A stretch of DNA of 39,102 nt from Acidobacteriota bacterium (lineage in GTDB: Bacteria; Acidobacteriota; Vicinamibacteria; Vicinamibacterales; 2-12-FULL-66-21), in assembly GCA_013362195.1 (NCBI GenBank), contig JABFWM010000146.1, positions 1 through 39,102 on the forward strand. Direction: 5' to 3'. This document shows, in pieces, positions 9,114 through 17,957 of the stretch. The notes beneath the pieces are model-generated. The model was given only the letters and a program-made list of their open reading frames with translations, made no database searches and was not told where the DNA came from. How positions within the stretch are numbered: the first letter of the stretch is position 1; every line of letters begins with the position of its first letter. A program made the position numbers and the translations under genes.

Positions 9114-10249
9114 GTGACGATTGCCGGGACGTCTGCACGCCGGAGCGCCGCGACGGTGTGGCGGAGGGCAAAGCGTTCGTCGTAGAGGCCGCGGCACGCC
9201 GCGCCAATCGCGGTCTGCAGCGTCTTGTCCCCGGCGATGCGGTCGACGCATCCGGCGAACGCCGCAGCGTCGCCTGCCGCAACCAGCGGGACGGCGCGCG
9301 TCTCGCGCCAGATCCCTTCGGTCAGCGGCCCGTCGGTGGTGACGACGGGCCGGCCGCTCGTGAGCGCTCCCATCATCGAGGTGCGGCGCGTCGTCACGCC
9401 GTCGGGATACGGCGCGATCAACACGTCGCACGCGCGCAGCGCGGCGGCGACGTCCTCGCTCGACAGACGGCCGGTCGCGTTGACGCTGTCCGGCCGTGGT
9501 GCGGCGGCGCGCATCTCCTTCATGAACGCGACGCTGCCGTCGCCGACGAGCAGCACGCGGGCGGACGGCCGCGTCCGCCAGATCTCCGGCAGGACGCGGC
9601 GCAGCTCCGCCGCGACATGCTCGCCGTAAGTGCCGAAGTGGCCGATGACGGCGCCCTCGCGCGGCTCGACGCGGGTCATCCACCCGTTGACCAGCGACGA
9701 GGGGGGATCGATCGCGATGGTCGCGGGCACCGGGAGGACCTCGGCGTCACCGACACGCCCGTACGGACGGAGATAGCGCGACCAGTTCCCGGTCGAGAAA
9801 TACACCGTGCGGCCCGCACGCACCATCAGCGAGGCCATCGCGCGCTGCGCGATGGCGAGCGCGTTGCGCCACGGCCGTTCGAGACCGAAGTAGAAGAACG
9901 GCTCGTGGAACATCACGCGGACGTCGCCGCCCGCCTGGCGCACGCCGAGCAGCCAGCGGGCGAACGGCACGTTCGCGCCGCGCAGTCCAAATGCGGTCGG
10001 CACGTACTGCACGAGGATTGCCCCGGGCATGTCGAGGAACGCGCGATCGAGCACCGCGCGCGAGCCGCGCGCGAACCGATCCGGCAGCGCATGCACCGTG
10101 AGACGCGCGGCGCGCGCCAGCGCGGCGCCGGGATGCCACACGTGCACGACGTCGCCGGCGTCGGCGAGGGCCGCCGCGATCAACGCCGTGTAATCGCCCA
10201 CACCGCCGCAGTCGGGGGGATATTCGGGGGTCAGAATGTGCCAGAGCAT
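9110..10249 (-). CDS. Glycosyltransferase, GT-B fold (GT4-like)
   Basis: ORF 9110..10249 (379 aa). The N-terminus MLWHILTPEYPPDCGGVGDYTALIAAALADAGDVVHVW is typical of GT4/GT1 enzymes. ATG at 10249 lies 6 nt from the heptamer array, and I see no SD. Confidence 0.75.
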   Translation of the reverse strand: MLWHILTPEYPPDCGGVGDYTALIAAALADAGDVVHVWHPGAALARAARLTVHALPDRFARGSRAVLDRAFLDMPGAILVQYVPTAFGLRGANVPFARWLLGVRQAGGDVRVMFHEPFFYFGLERPWRNALAIAQRAMASLMVRAGRTVYFSTGNWSRYLRPYGRVGDAEVLPVPATIAIDPPSSLVNGWMTRVEPREGAVIGHFGTYGEHVAAELRRVLPEIWRTRPSARVLLVGDGSVAFMKEMRAAAPRPDSVNATGRLSSEDVAAALRACDVLIAPYPDGVTTRRTSMMGALTSGRPVVTTDGPLTEGIWRETRAVPLVAAGDAAAFAGCVDRIAGDKTLQTAIGAACRGLYDERFALRHTVAALRRADVPAIVT

Positions 10250-10255
10250 GGAAGA

Positions 10256-10364
10256 TTAGGGCTTAGGGCTTAGGGCTTAGGGCTCAGGGCTCAGGGCTCA
10301 GGGCTTAGGGCTCAGGGCTTAGGGCTCAGGGCTCACGGGGCTCACGGCTCACGGGGCTCAGGGA
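10256..10364. repeat. Heptanucleotide tandem repeat T(T/C)AGGGC: 11 perfect units plus 4 degenerate units
   Basis: Counted by hand. Perfect units start at 10256, 10263, 10270, 10277 (TTAGGGC), 10284, 10291, 10298 (TCAGGGC), 10305 (TT), 10312 (TC), 10319 (TT) and 10326 (TC). The degenerate units are tcacggggc, tcacggc, tcacggggc and tcaggga, ending at 10364. Confidence 0.95.
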
Positions 10365-10396
10365 CTGAAGACCCGCCCTACGGCCTCTTCTTTCGG

Positions 10397-10434
10397 CGTC
10401 ACACGTGGGCCGGGTCTTCAGACCCGGCGTGACG
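10397..10434. repeat. Solitary REP-like palindromic element (CGTCAC..GCCGGGTC-TTCA-GACCCGGC..GTGACG)
   Basis: Perfect 8-bp stem and 4-nt loop at 10409-10428, nested inside outer arms CGTCAC (10397-10402) and GTGACG (10429-10434). The same core occurs in the tandem array at 38821-39102. Confidence 0.85.
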
Positions 10435-11604
10435 ACACGCCGCGGCGCGGTTGAAGACGGAAACGAGCGCACGCACATGGCGCGCGACGGAAAACTCTCC
10501 GCCGGTTGCCCGCGCACCCGCGGACAGGCGCGTCCAGGCATCGCGATCCGACAGGACGGCGGCGATGGCGCGGCCGAAGCCCTCCGCCCCGGCGGACGGA
10601 TGGACCAGGCGTCCATTCACGCCGTCCCGCAGCCATTCGCCGATGCCGCCGCTGTCGAACGCGACGGCGGGTGTACCGAACGCACCCGCTTCGAGGCCGA
10701 CCAGGCCGAAGGGCTCGGGCCAGACGCTTGGAACGGCGACGACGCGCGCATCGCGCAGCAGGGCGTCGCGATCGGCGCCGCTGACCCAGCCTGGAAAGCG
10801 CACGTGAAGGCGATGCGTGTCGGCGAAGCGCTCCAGCCGCGTGCGCTCCGGTCCATCCCCCGCGATGACCACGCGGGCCGACGGCGTGTGTTCCGCGATC
10901 GCCCGCAGCAGTACGTCCGGTCCCTTCAACGCGGTCAGGCGGCCAAGCATCAACACGTCGATCTCGCGCGCCTCGCCGTCGCGCGTCGCGGGCGGCACGT
11001 CGAGCGGCGCAAACAGGGGAATCGCGGTCACACGCTCGCCGGCCACGCCCGCACGCAGGCACGCCTCCCGCATGTACGCGCTCGCGACGATCATCGAATC
11101 GTAACGGCTGAACAGGGCGGCCTGCCGCCGCGCCCAGCGGTACTCGTCGATCATGACGCGCGGATTCGCCGCGCCGCAGCGTCGCGGCAGGTAGTGCAGA
11201 AGACACGCCGCGCCAAACTCGCGCGCGCATGCGCGCACCTGCGGAAAGGCAACGGCCCTGCGCGCGCTCACGCACGTCCCGAAGTGCCCGTGCAGCATCT
11301 TGACGACCGGCCATTCGCCGACGAGCGCGTTGTCCACGTCGAGCGCGCCCATGTTGTGGGAGAAGCAGACGTCGGGCGCAAAGCGGCGAATCCGCTGCAG
11401 CGCCGCGTCGAGGCCTTCGCTGCGCACGCCGATGCAGGGCACGTGATCGCGCGCGATGTGAACAGGCGCCGCCGCGTCGACCGGCAGATCGTGGAGCAAT
11501 GCGACCGTGTGTCCAGCGGCCTGCAGGGCGGGCACGAGCGCGGCCAGGTAGCTTTCCACGCCGCCCGCCCCTGCGGCGATGTCGTTCGCGATCAGGATCC
11601 GCAT
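10399..11604 (-). CDS. Glycosyltransferase family 4
   Basis: Real part of composite ORF 10399..12741 starts at ATG 11604..11602 (MRILIANDIAAGAGGVESY). 1-nt TGATG overlap with the upstream stop. Motif VPSVWPEPFGLVGLEAGAFGTPAVAFDSGGIGEW. Confidence 0.85.
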   Translation of the reverse strand: MRILIANDIAAGAGGVESYLAALVPALQAAGHTVALLHDLPVDAAAPVHIARDHVPCIGVRSEGLDAALQRIRRFAPDVCFSHNMGALDVDNALVGEWPVVKMLHGHFGTCVSARRAVAFPQVRACAREFGAACLLHYLPRRCGAANPRVMIDEYRWARRQAALFSRYDSMIVASAYMREACLRAGVAGERVTAIPLFAPLDVPPATRDGEAREIDVLMLGRLTALKGPDVLLRAIAEHTPSARVVIAGDGPERTRLERFADTHRLHVRFPGWVSGADRDALLRDARVVAVPSVWPEPFGLVGLEAGAFGTPAVAFDSGGIGEWLRDGVNGRLVHPSAGAEGFGRAIAAVLSDRDAWTRLSAGARATGGEFSVARHVRALVSVFNRAAACRHAGSEDPAHV

Positions 11605-12449
11605 CACGCGGTGCTCCGAACGCGCACGCAGACCCCTTCCGTCGTCCACGGATCGGCGACGCCCGGAAGCGGCTCGAGAGTCAGCTGCTGCCGCCGCAGT
11701 TCCGACTCCACGTCGGCGCGCGTGATGCCGAGCGCCGGCCAGGCCGAGGGATGCAGCTCCACGAAGAGCGACAGCGCGGGCCCCCGCTGCGCGATCGTCT
11801 CGCGTGCGCCGCGGAGCACGTCGAGCTCCGCGCCTTCGACGTCGATCTTGATGACGTCCAAGCGGACGTTGGAGACGCGGCAGAACTCGTCGATGCTGAT
11901 CACCGGCACGTCCACGGCGCCGGCGTCGCTTGCCGTCGTCAGGCGATTGTCTCCGTGCGTCGCGACGTCGACGAACCGCTGGCGGCCGGTCGCTGCCGCC
12001 ACCGCTTCGGGCCGGACGGTCACGCGATCCGCAAGGCCGTTGATGGCGACGTGGCGCACCAGGCCGGCGCGGCTGGCCGACGCCGGCTCGAACGCGTACA
12101 CACGGCCGCGGCTGCCGACCCACTGCGCGAAGAGCACGGTGTAGGCGCCGACGTTGGCGCCCACATCGAGCACCGTCGCGCCGCGGCGGGTGCACCCCTT
12201 GAACGCCGCATACTCCTCGGCGTTCCACCCGAGATGGCGGTACGCGGGGTCGACGCGCACGCGCTCGCCGCCGGGCAGGCGGGACGTCAGGTGGTCGCCG
12301 GGCATCGTGCGCAGCACGAGCGCCATGGCGCGCTTCAACAGCGCCCGCAGCCAATGTGGTGCGCGGGACAGGCGCACGCCGGCGGCCCACCGTTCGAGCC
12401 AGCTGCGCTCGCGATAGTGCGCGCCGACGCCGGTGCGCATCGCCGTCAT
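11604..12449 (-). CDS. FkbM family methyltransferase
   Basis: Real part of ORF 11604..13274 starts at ATG 12449..12447 (MTAMRTGVGAHY). ATGA overlap with the upstream stop. FkbM-type motifs VLDVGANVGAYTVLFA, VYAFEPA and LDVIKIDVEGAELDVLRGA. Confidence 0.85.
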   Translation of the reverse strand: MTAMRTGVGAHYRERSWLERWAAGVRLSRAPHWLRALLKRAMALVLRTMPGDHLTSRLPGGERVRVDPAYRHLGWNAEEYAAFKGCTRRGATVLDVGANVGAYTVLFAQWVGSRGRVYAFEPASASRAGLVRHVAINGLADRVTVRPEAVAAATGRQRFVDVATHGDNRLTTASDAGAVDVPVISIDEFCRVSNVRLDVIKIDVEGAELDVLRGARETIAQRGPALSLFVELHPSAWPALGITRADVESELRRQQLTLEPLPGVADPWTTEGVCVRVRSTA

Positions 12450-13348
12450 GACTCGGTGCGCCACACTTTCCGCGCCGCGGCGCGGCTGATCTGATCCGCC
12501 GTCGCCGCCCATCCGGCGAGCGTCGAGCGGCGCCGCCACGTGCGGCGTTCGCGCGAGTGGTGCCGTGCGATCGCCGCATCCCAGCGGGCGTGAAACAGCC
12601 GGCCGTTGCGCAGCACTTTCTCGAGATAGCTGGCGGACGGTTGCTTGCCGATCGTCGTGCTCCCGAGGTGCGTGTAGGCCCGCAGCCGCTCGTAGCCGCA
12701 CGTCGCGACCTTCCACCCTTCGCCGCGGATCCGGAAGGCAAGGTCCGCTTCGTCCCATTCCGTCGGGCGGAAGGCTTCGTCGAGCAGCCCGACGCGATCG
12801 AGGCATGCGCGGCGTACGATCCACGGACGAATCACGCTGTCGACTTCCTGCAGGCGAAACCAGTTGCCGGGCGCGGGGCCGATGGTGCTCTGCAGGCGCC
12901 GCCAGTCGACGAGATCTTCCCACCGCTCGATCGGGCGGTCGAACGGCGCGCAGTTCAACCCGCGGCTGAGACTCAGCATGCCGAGATCCGGATAGGCAGC
13001 GAAGGTGGCGCGCAGCTCGGGCACGAGCCACGGCGCGCGCAGGAACATGTCGTCCTGCCACGCCATCACCAGCGTGCCGCGCGCCAGCGCGATGCCCGCG
13101 TTGGTGCACCGCAGCTCGTGGGCATCGTCCTCGTGGCGCCATCGAAGGTGCGTCCGTCCCCATGGCGTCGCCGCGATCTCGTCGAGCAGCGCGGGCGTGC
13201 CGTCCCGGCATCCATCTTCGACAACGATGACCTCGACGGCATCGCCACCGACGCGCTGCCACGCCTCGAGGCACTGTCGAAGTACCCGCTCGTTGTTGAA
13301 CGTCGGAATGACGACGCTGAGCGCCGGACGATCAGTCTCGCTGCGCAT
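12446..13348 (-). CDS. Glycosyltransferase family 2
   Basis: ORF 12446..13471, trimmed to ATG 13348..13346 (MRSETDRPALSVVIPTFNNERVLRQCLEA). Also VIVVEDGCRDGT and WQDDM. 17-nt overlap with the upstream gene end (13332). Confidence 0.85.
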   Translation of the reverse strand: MRSETDRPALSVVIPTFNNERVLRQCLEAWQRVGGDAVEVIVVEDGCRDGTPALLDEIAATPWGRTHLRWRHEDDAHELRCTNAGIALARGTLVMAWQDDMFLRAPWLVPELRATFAAYPDLGMLSLSRGLNCAPFDRPIERWEDLVDWRRLQSTIGPAPGNWFRLQEVDSVIRPWIVRRACLDRVGLLDEAFRPTEWDEADLAFRIRGEGWKVATCGYERLRAYTHLGSTTIGKQPSASYLEKVLRNGRLFHARWDAAIARHHSRERRTWRRRSTLAGWAATADQISRAAARKVWRTES

Positions 13349-14246
13349 ACGCCTGCAGGTTGAACGCCAGCGGCAACGACGTCCCGCGCGGAACCGCGCG
13401 CGAGAGCCGGAACGCGCCGAGCCGCAGCCAGCCGGTGCCGGACTGGTGCGGCAGTTCCGGTGCCGCGGCAACGACGCGGACGTCGCGAAATCCTGCGACG
13501 TTGAGCGCGCGCGTCAGGGACGCGGCGGAAAAGTGATTTACGTGAACGAGATTGTCGGCAATCGTCGCGCGATAGCCGGGCCGAAGCCGCGCCCGCAGGC
13601 GCTCCTTGGCGCGCTGCGCCGGGCCATTCGGCACCTTCACGGCCAGCCAGCCACCGGGCGCGAGATAGTCGCGAACGCGCGACATCACGTCGATCGGCTG
13701 CGGCACGTGCTCGAGCACGTCGATGAGCGTGATCGCATCGTAGCGTCGGGTCGGTCGGAACGTGTGCACGTTCCCCTGGTGCACGATCGCGCCCGTGGCG
13801 CGCGCGGCAAACGCCGCCGTCTTCGGGTTCAGCTCCAGGCCTTCCGCCTCCCAGCCGGCGCCGCTCGCCAGACGGAGGAATCTCCCCGCGTGGGCGCCGA
13901 CGTCGAGCAGCACGCCCGGTCGCGTGCGCCTGGCCAGACCGCTCAGGATGTCGGCGAAGATCAGATCCTTGTAGCCGGCGTCATGTTCGCGCGCGACCCA
14001 GTCGTCGGACCAGCGCTGGTCGTACATCCGGTCGAAGAACCGCGGCAACGCCGGAAGCGCGGCCGGCTGCGCGAAGTCGCACGCGGTGCAGCGTTGAATG
14101 CTCACGTGGCGGCCCGAGTACGCCGCCAGATCCGGATCCTGCCGCTGGTACTCCGTCAGATCGAACGCGGCATCGTCGATCGGCTCGAACGAGGTGCCGC
14201 CGCAGATCCAGCACGCGTCGACGGCGATGAACTCCGCGACCGTCAT
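13332..14246 (-). CDS. Class I SAM-dependent methyltransferase with N-terminal Cys-rich (zinc-ribbon-like) segment
   Basis: ORF 13332..14246 (304 aa). CWICGG...CTAC near the N-terminus. SAM motifs LLDVGAHAGRFLRLA and ITLIDVLEHVPQP. ATGA overlap with the upstream stop. Confidence 0.8.
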   Translation of the reverse strand: MTVAEFIAVDACWICGGTSFEPIDDAAFDLTEYQRQDPDLAAYSGRHVSIQRCTACDFAQPAALPALPRFFDRMYDQRWSDDWVAREHDAGYKDLIFADILSGLARRTRPGVLLDVGAHAGRFLRLASGAGWEAEGLELNPKTAAFAARATGAIVHQGNVHTFRPTRRYDAITLIDVLEHVPQPIDVMSRVRDYLAPGGWLAVKVPNGPAQRAKERLRARLRPGYRATIADNLVHVNHFSAASLTRALNVAGFRDVRVVAAAPELPHQSGTGWLRLGAFRLSRAVPRGTSLPLAFNLQAYAQRD

Positions 14247-15376
14247 GCCGCCTCGATGATCCGGACGATGTCGTCAGCCATGTCATCCCACGTTCGCGCG
14301 CGCAGCGCCGCGCCGGCGGTCCCGGCAACCGCGCGCCATTCCGCCGACGCGTGCTGCCATGCGCGGAGCCGCTCGACGAGGGCATCGACCGAGGGAGGAT
14401 CGGGCAGGACGAGCGGCGCCAGCGCAGCGGGAATGCGCTCGGTCACGCCGGAAGATGCGGTGACAATGACCGGTAGTCCGCGCGTCAGCGCTTCGTGCAC
14501 GCCGAGCCCGTAGGCTTCGTACCGCGCCGGGTGGACGAGCAGGTCGGACGCCGCCAGCACGCGCGGCACGTCGTCACGGAAGTGGAGGAAGTGCAGACGA
14601 TCGCTCAATCGTGCGGCGTGCGCGCGCCGCTGCCAGGCGTCCGCTTCCGCGCCGCGGCCCGCGACCGCAAGATCCACGTCCCATCCCCCCGCCGCGCACA
14701 GGCGGCGCCATGCCTCGAACAGGAGGTCGAACCCTTTGCGGCGGTCGCCCAGCGCGCCGACGAACACCGCCGTCGGCCGCACGGGGTCGAGGCCGAGAGC
14801 CGCCCGCGCCGCGGCCCGTTCGTCGCCGGTGATCGGGCCGAACGCGTCCGGGTCGGAGCCGTAATACACCACGCGCACGCGATCGGCGGCGATGCCGTAA
14901 TGCCGCCGCACGTCCGCAGCCGTTCGCGCGCTGTTGCAGATCACCGCCGAGGCACGCGACAGCGCGTCGCGCTCGCGCGCCAGGAACAGCCGACGCCCGA
15001 TCGCGGCGGCGGTGCGCGCACGCACGCCCGCCGCCACCTGCGGAACGTAGGCGGCGTGCACGTAGTGCACCCACGTCGGAGCGATCCAGCGCGTGTTGCC
15101 GCCGTTGGCCAGCAGGCGTGCGCCGGGTCCGAGCCGCGACGCAATCGACGAGGCCGCGCGTGACAGCAGCGGCGCGCCCAGCAGGTGCGATCCGAGGGGC
15201 CGCGGCACGTCGTGGACCGTCACCCCGCGCATCGCCGTGAGCGGCGCCGCGACGCGATGCGCCACGAGGTGCACGTCGCGCCCGGATGCCGCCAGCCGGC
15301 ACGCCAACGCATGATTGGCGCGGTCCATGCCGCCAAGCGGTGTGAAGTCGCCGGCCGCGAGCACCCAGGGCCTCAT
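14243..15376 (-). CDS. Glycosyltransferase family 4
   Basis: Real part of composite ORF 14243..16543 starts at ATG 15376..15374 (MRPWVLAAGDFTPLGGMDRANHALA). ATGA overlap with the upstream stop. Motif HPARYEAYGLGVHEALTRGLPVIVTASSG. Confidence 0.85.
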   Translation of the reverse strand: MRPWVLAAGDFTPLGGMDRANHALACRLAASGRDVHLVAHRVAAPLTAMRGVTVHDVPRPLGSHLLGAPLLSRAASSIASRLGPGARLLANGGNTRWIAPTWVHYVHAAYVPQVAAGVRARTAAAIGRRLFLARERDALSRASAVICNSARTAADVRRHYGIAADRVRVVYYGSDPDAFGPITGDERAAARAALGLDPVRPTAVFVGALGDRRKGFDLLFEAWRRLCAAGGWDVDLAVAGRGAEADAWQRRAHAARLSDRLHFLHFRDDVPRVLAASDLLVHPARYEAYGLGVHEALTRGLPVIVTASSGVTERIPAALAPLVLPDPPSVDALVERLRAWQHASAEWRAVAGTAGAALRARTWDDMADDIVRIIEAA

Positions 15377-16770
15377 GCGTCCTGCTGGCCGTAGCGGCAG
15401 GCGAGGCCGTGCAGCGCCCCCGCCAGAAACCAGTACTGGATGCCGATCTGCGCGACGAACGGCGTGAAGCTGACGATCATCGCGGCCGGGCCGAGTTCTG
15501 CGGCGAGCACCACGGCGGCGCACGTCGCCAGGCGCGGGTACCGCTCCGACCTCGTCAGCCTGAACTGCGAACGCGCGGTCGCGGCCAGCGCCCCGAGGTA
15601 GAGCGCAATCATCAGCACGCCGCCGTCGATCATCCAGCCCGTGAACTGGATCTCCGCCCAGATCGGCGGCACGTTCGGGTTCGCGAATCCGAAATACCCC
15701 GACGTCATCCCCCACCGGCCAAGACCGGCGCCGAACGGGTACTCGTAGAGCATTTCCGAGAACGTGTACTGCAGCTGCGCGCCGCGCGCCTTCTGATAGA
15801 CCGCAATCGGATCGTCGGCGAACAACGAGTGGAACCGCTCCGAGATGCTGGCGCCGCCGAGCGTGAGCGCCAGCGAAAAGCTGAACACCACGACGCCCAC
15901 GGCCAGTAGGGTGAACTGAGAGAATCGTGCGCCGCGTCCCTGGCGCAGGAGCGCAAGCGCGTAAACGACGAGCATCAGCACGGCGACGACGAGGCTGATG
16001 CGCACCTGACTCAGGTAGATCGCAGCGAACCCGCAGCCGGCGAGCGCGAGCGACAGCACGCGCTTCCACGCGGCAACCGGACTGACCGTGAAGATGAGGC
16101 CGAGCAAAGCGGCGAACATCGCCGGGCCGGCCACCGCGCCCGGCGTATCGAACAGTCCAGGCGGGCGCACGATCTGCTGTCCATTGGCGCCGGTGTAGGT
16201 CACTGCGCCGAGTCCGAGCGTGGACTGTGTGACCACGCGCGAAAATTCCTGCGGCAGCCAGCGCCCCGGATCGTACACCTGCAGCACACCGACGACGGCG
16301 TTCGCGCCGGAGCAGAGCAGCAGGAGCCAGAACAGCCGCGCCATCTGCTCCGGCGACCGCACGAATCGCGGCGCCCAGAAGAGCGGCGCGATCACCGCGA
16401 GGTACACCCCGATCTGCGCGACCCCCGCCGTCAACGTCACGGTCTGCGGATGGAACAGCATCACGCCGAGCAGCGCGAGCACCGCGGCGACCCACGGCTG
16501 CGTGCGCGAGCGCGGCGGCGATGACGGTTCGAGCTGATGCCACGCGAGCGCCATCAGGCTGATCGCGAAGGCACTGAATCGGATCGGCAGGCGGAACGGC
16601 TGCGTGCCCGGAAGATACAGCAGGGCGGGCAGCGCCGTCTGGCTGATGACGAACACTTCCGCGAATCCCCAGGGAATCCGCGCCGCCGCCGCCGGCGCGA
16701 TCGCCGCCGTTGGCGCGCTATGCGCCAGCGGCACGGACCAGGGCGCGGTCTCGGGAGGTCTCGTAGACAT
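15373..16770 (-). CDS. O-antigen ligase/polymerase (Wzy-like) family membrane protein
   Basis: ORF 15373..16770 (465 aa). Many hydrophobic segments, with a large loop YQKARGAQLQYTFSEMLYEYPFGAGLGRWG typical of Wzy_C-type proteins. Start uncertain: ATG 16770 overlaps the upstream gene by 53 nt, and an internal GTG (..AEVFV..) is possible. Confidence 0.75.
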   Translation of the reverse strand: MSTRPPETAPWSVPLAHSAPTAAIAPAAAARIPWGFAEVFVISQTALPALLYLPGTQPFRLPIRFSAFAISLMALAWHQLEPSSPPRSRTQPWVAAVLALLGVMLFHPQTVTLTAGVAQIGVYLAVIAPLFWAPRFVRSPEQMARLFWLLLLCSGANAVVGVLQVYDPGRWLPQEFSRVVTQSTLGLGAVTYTGANGQQIVRPPGLFDTPGAVAGPAMFAALLGLIFTVSPVAAWKRVLSLALAGCGFAAIYLSQVRISLVVAVLMLVVYALALLRQGRGARFSQFTLLAVGVVVFSFSLALTLGGASISERFHSLFADDPIAVYQKARGAQLQYTFSEMLYEYPFGAGLGRWGMTSGYFGFANPNVPPIWAEIQFTGWMIDGGVLMIALYLGALAATARSQFRLTRSERYPRLATCAAVVLAAELGPAAMIVSFTPFVAQIGIQYWFLAGALHGLACRYGQQDA

Positions 16771-17950
16771 GAATGAAGCGGCGGGTGAACGCGTCGGGAT
16801 CGAACAGCCGGATCGCGGTGGCGCGGGCCGCGGCGCCGAGACGCTGACGGAGCGAGGCGTCTCGCGCGAGCGACGCGATGCACCGGCTGAGGCCCTCGAC
16901 GTCGCCCGGCGCGTGCGTCACGGCATCGACACCGTCCGTGACGAGTTCCTCCGCGCCGCCGGCCGCGCTCACGACCACGGCGCGGGCCGAGGCCATGCCT
17001 TCGGCAATGACGAGGCCGAACGGCTCGGGCTGCGTGCTCGCGTGCACGACGATGTCGAGCGCGCGCATCGCCGCCGCGGGTCGATCGATGAACCCGGTGA
17101 GGCCGACGCGTCCCGTCAGCCCGAGCGCGGCGACCTGCCGTTCGAGATCGGCGCGGCTGTACTGACTGCCGGTCGTGTCGTAGAGCGCGTCGCCGATGAC
17201 GTAGCCGCGAACGGCGACGTCGGACGGCAACGCGCGCAGCGCGCGCAGGAACGTGTCGTGCCCTTTCCAGCGGCCGAACGTCGAGACCAGGCCCACCCGG
17301 ACGGTGCCGGGCGGCGCCGCGTTCAGGGCGGCCCGTTCATCGAGATCCACGCCATCGCCGGCGGGCGCGAACACCGCCGCATCGACGGCGTTGTAGATCG
17401 TCGTGACCGGCGCGTCGGGCCCGATCGTCGCCCTCACGTCGGCGGCCACGCTGCGCGAGTTCGCGACGATCGCGGCGCACCGCGGCGCATAGCGGCGCAG
17501 CAGCGCGCCGCTGATCGGCCGCGTGCCGATGTATTCGTGCAGGTGCCAGACCAGCGGCGTGCCGGCCGGGACCGCACGGGCGCCCAGCACGTGCAGCTTG
17601 AAGCCGTTGGTGTGCACCACGTCGGGGCGAAGCGCGTCGAGCCGCTGCGCGAGCCGCCGCGAGTAGAGCGCGGACCCGCCCGCAGCGAGCAGCAGCGATG
17701 CGCCGCGTCCGGCCAGGGCCGCGGCCCCGCGCGCCGATTGTTCGCCGAGACGGGACAGCCGCGCCGGCAGCGGCAGCACGTGCACGGCAACCCCGACGTC
17801 GCGCGCCGCCGACGCAAGCGGACCCTCGCGCGGGACGACCAGATCCAGCGCCCAGTCCGGCGCCAGGCGCCGGAGGCCGCGCAGCAGCGTGAGCAGGCTC
17901 ACTTCGGAGCCGCCCGCTTCCGCGGAGACGCTGAGAAACGCGATGCGCAT
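16718..17950 (-). CDS. Glycosyltransferase family 4
   Basis: ORF 16718..17950 (410 aa). MRIAFLSVSAEAGGSEVSLL at the N-terminus and HASTQPEPFGLVIAEGMASARAVVVSAAGGAEE near the C-terminus. Confidence 0.85.
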   Translation of the reverse strand: MRIAFLSVSAEAGGSEVSLLTLLRGLRRLAPDWALDLVVPREGPLASAARDVGVAVHVLPLPARLSRLGEQSARGAAALAGRGASLLLAAGGSALYSRRLAQRLDALRPDVVHTNGFKLHVLGARAVPAGTPLVWHLHEYIGTRPISGALLRRYAPRCAAIVANSRSVAADVRATIGPDAPVTTIYNAVDAAVFAPAGDGVDLDERAALNAAPPGTVRVGLVSTFGRWKGHDTFLRALRALPSDVAVRGYVIGDALYDTTGSQYSRADLERQVAALGLTGRVGLTGFIDRPAAAMRALDIVVHASTQPEPFGLVIAEGMASARAVVVSAAGGAEELVTDGVDAVTHAPGDVEGLSRCIASLARDASLRQRLGAAARATAIRLFDPDAFTRRFIHVYETSRDRALVRAAGA

Positions 17951-17957
17951 GCGATGG

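Noticed and set aside
7953-9683. Apparent long N-terminal extensions or fusions in composite ORFs (7953..9683, 10399..12741, 11604..13274, 14243..16543, 17958..19457, 19761..21746, 24118..27198, 28137..30998)
   Set aside because: The extensions are out-of-frame read-through over the upstream gene, with Arg/Pro/Ala-rich junk translations. In each case a canonical ATG or GTG sits in a 1-4 nt overlap with the upstream stop, and the recognisable domain begins exactly there.
10256-10364. Telomere-like TTAGGG(C) repeats as the end of a linear replicon, or eukaryotic contamination
   Set aside because: The array is internal. It is flanked on both sides by co-oriented bacterial glycosyltransferase genes of the same composition, and it abuts a start codon.
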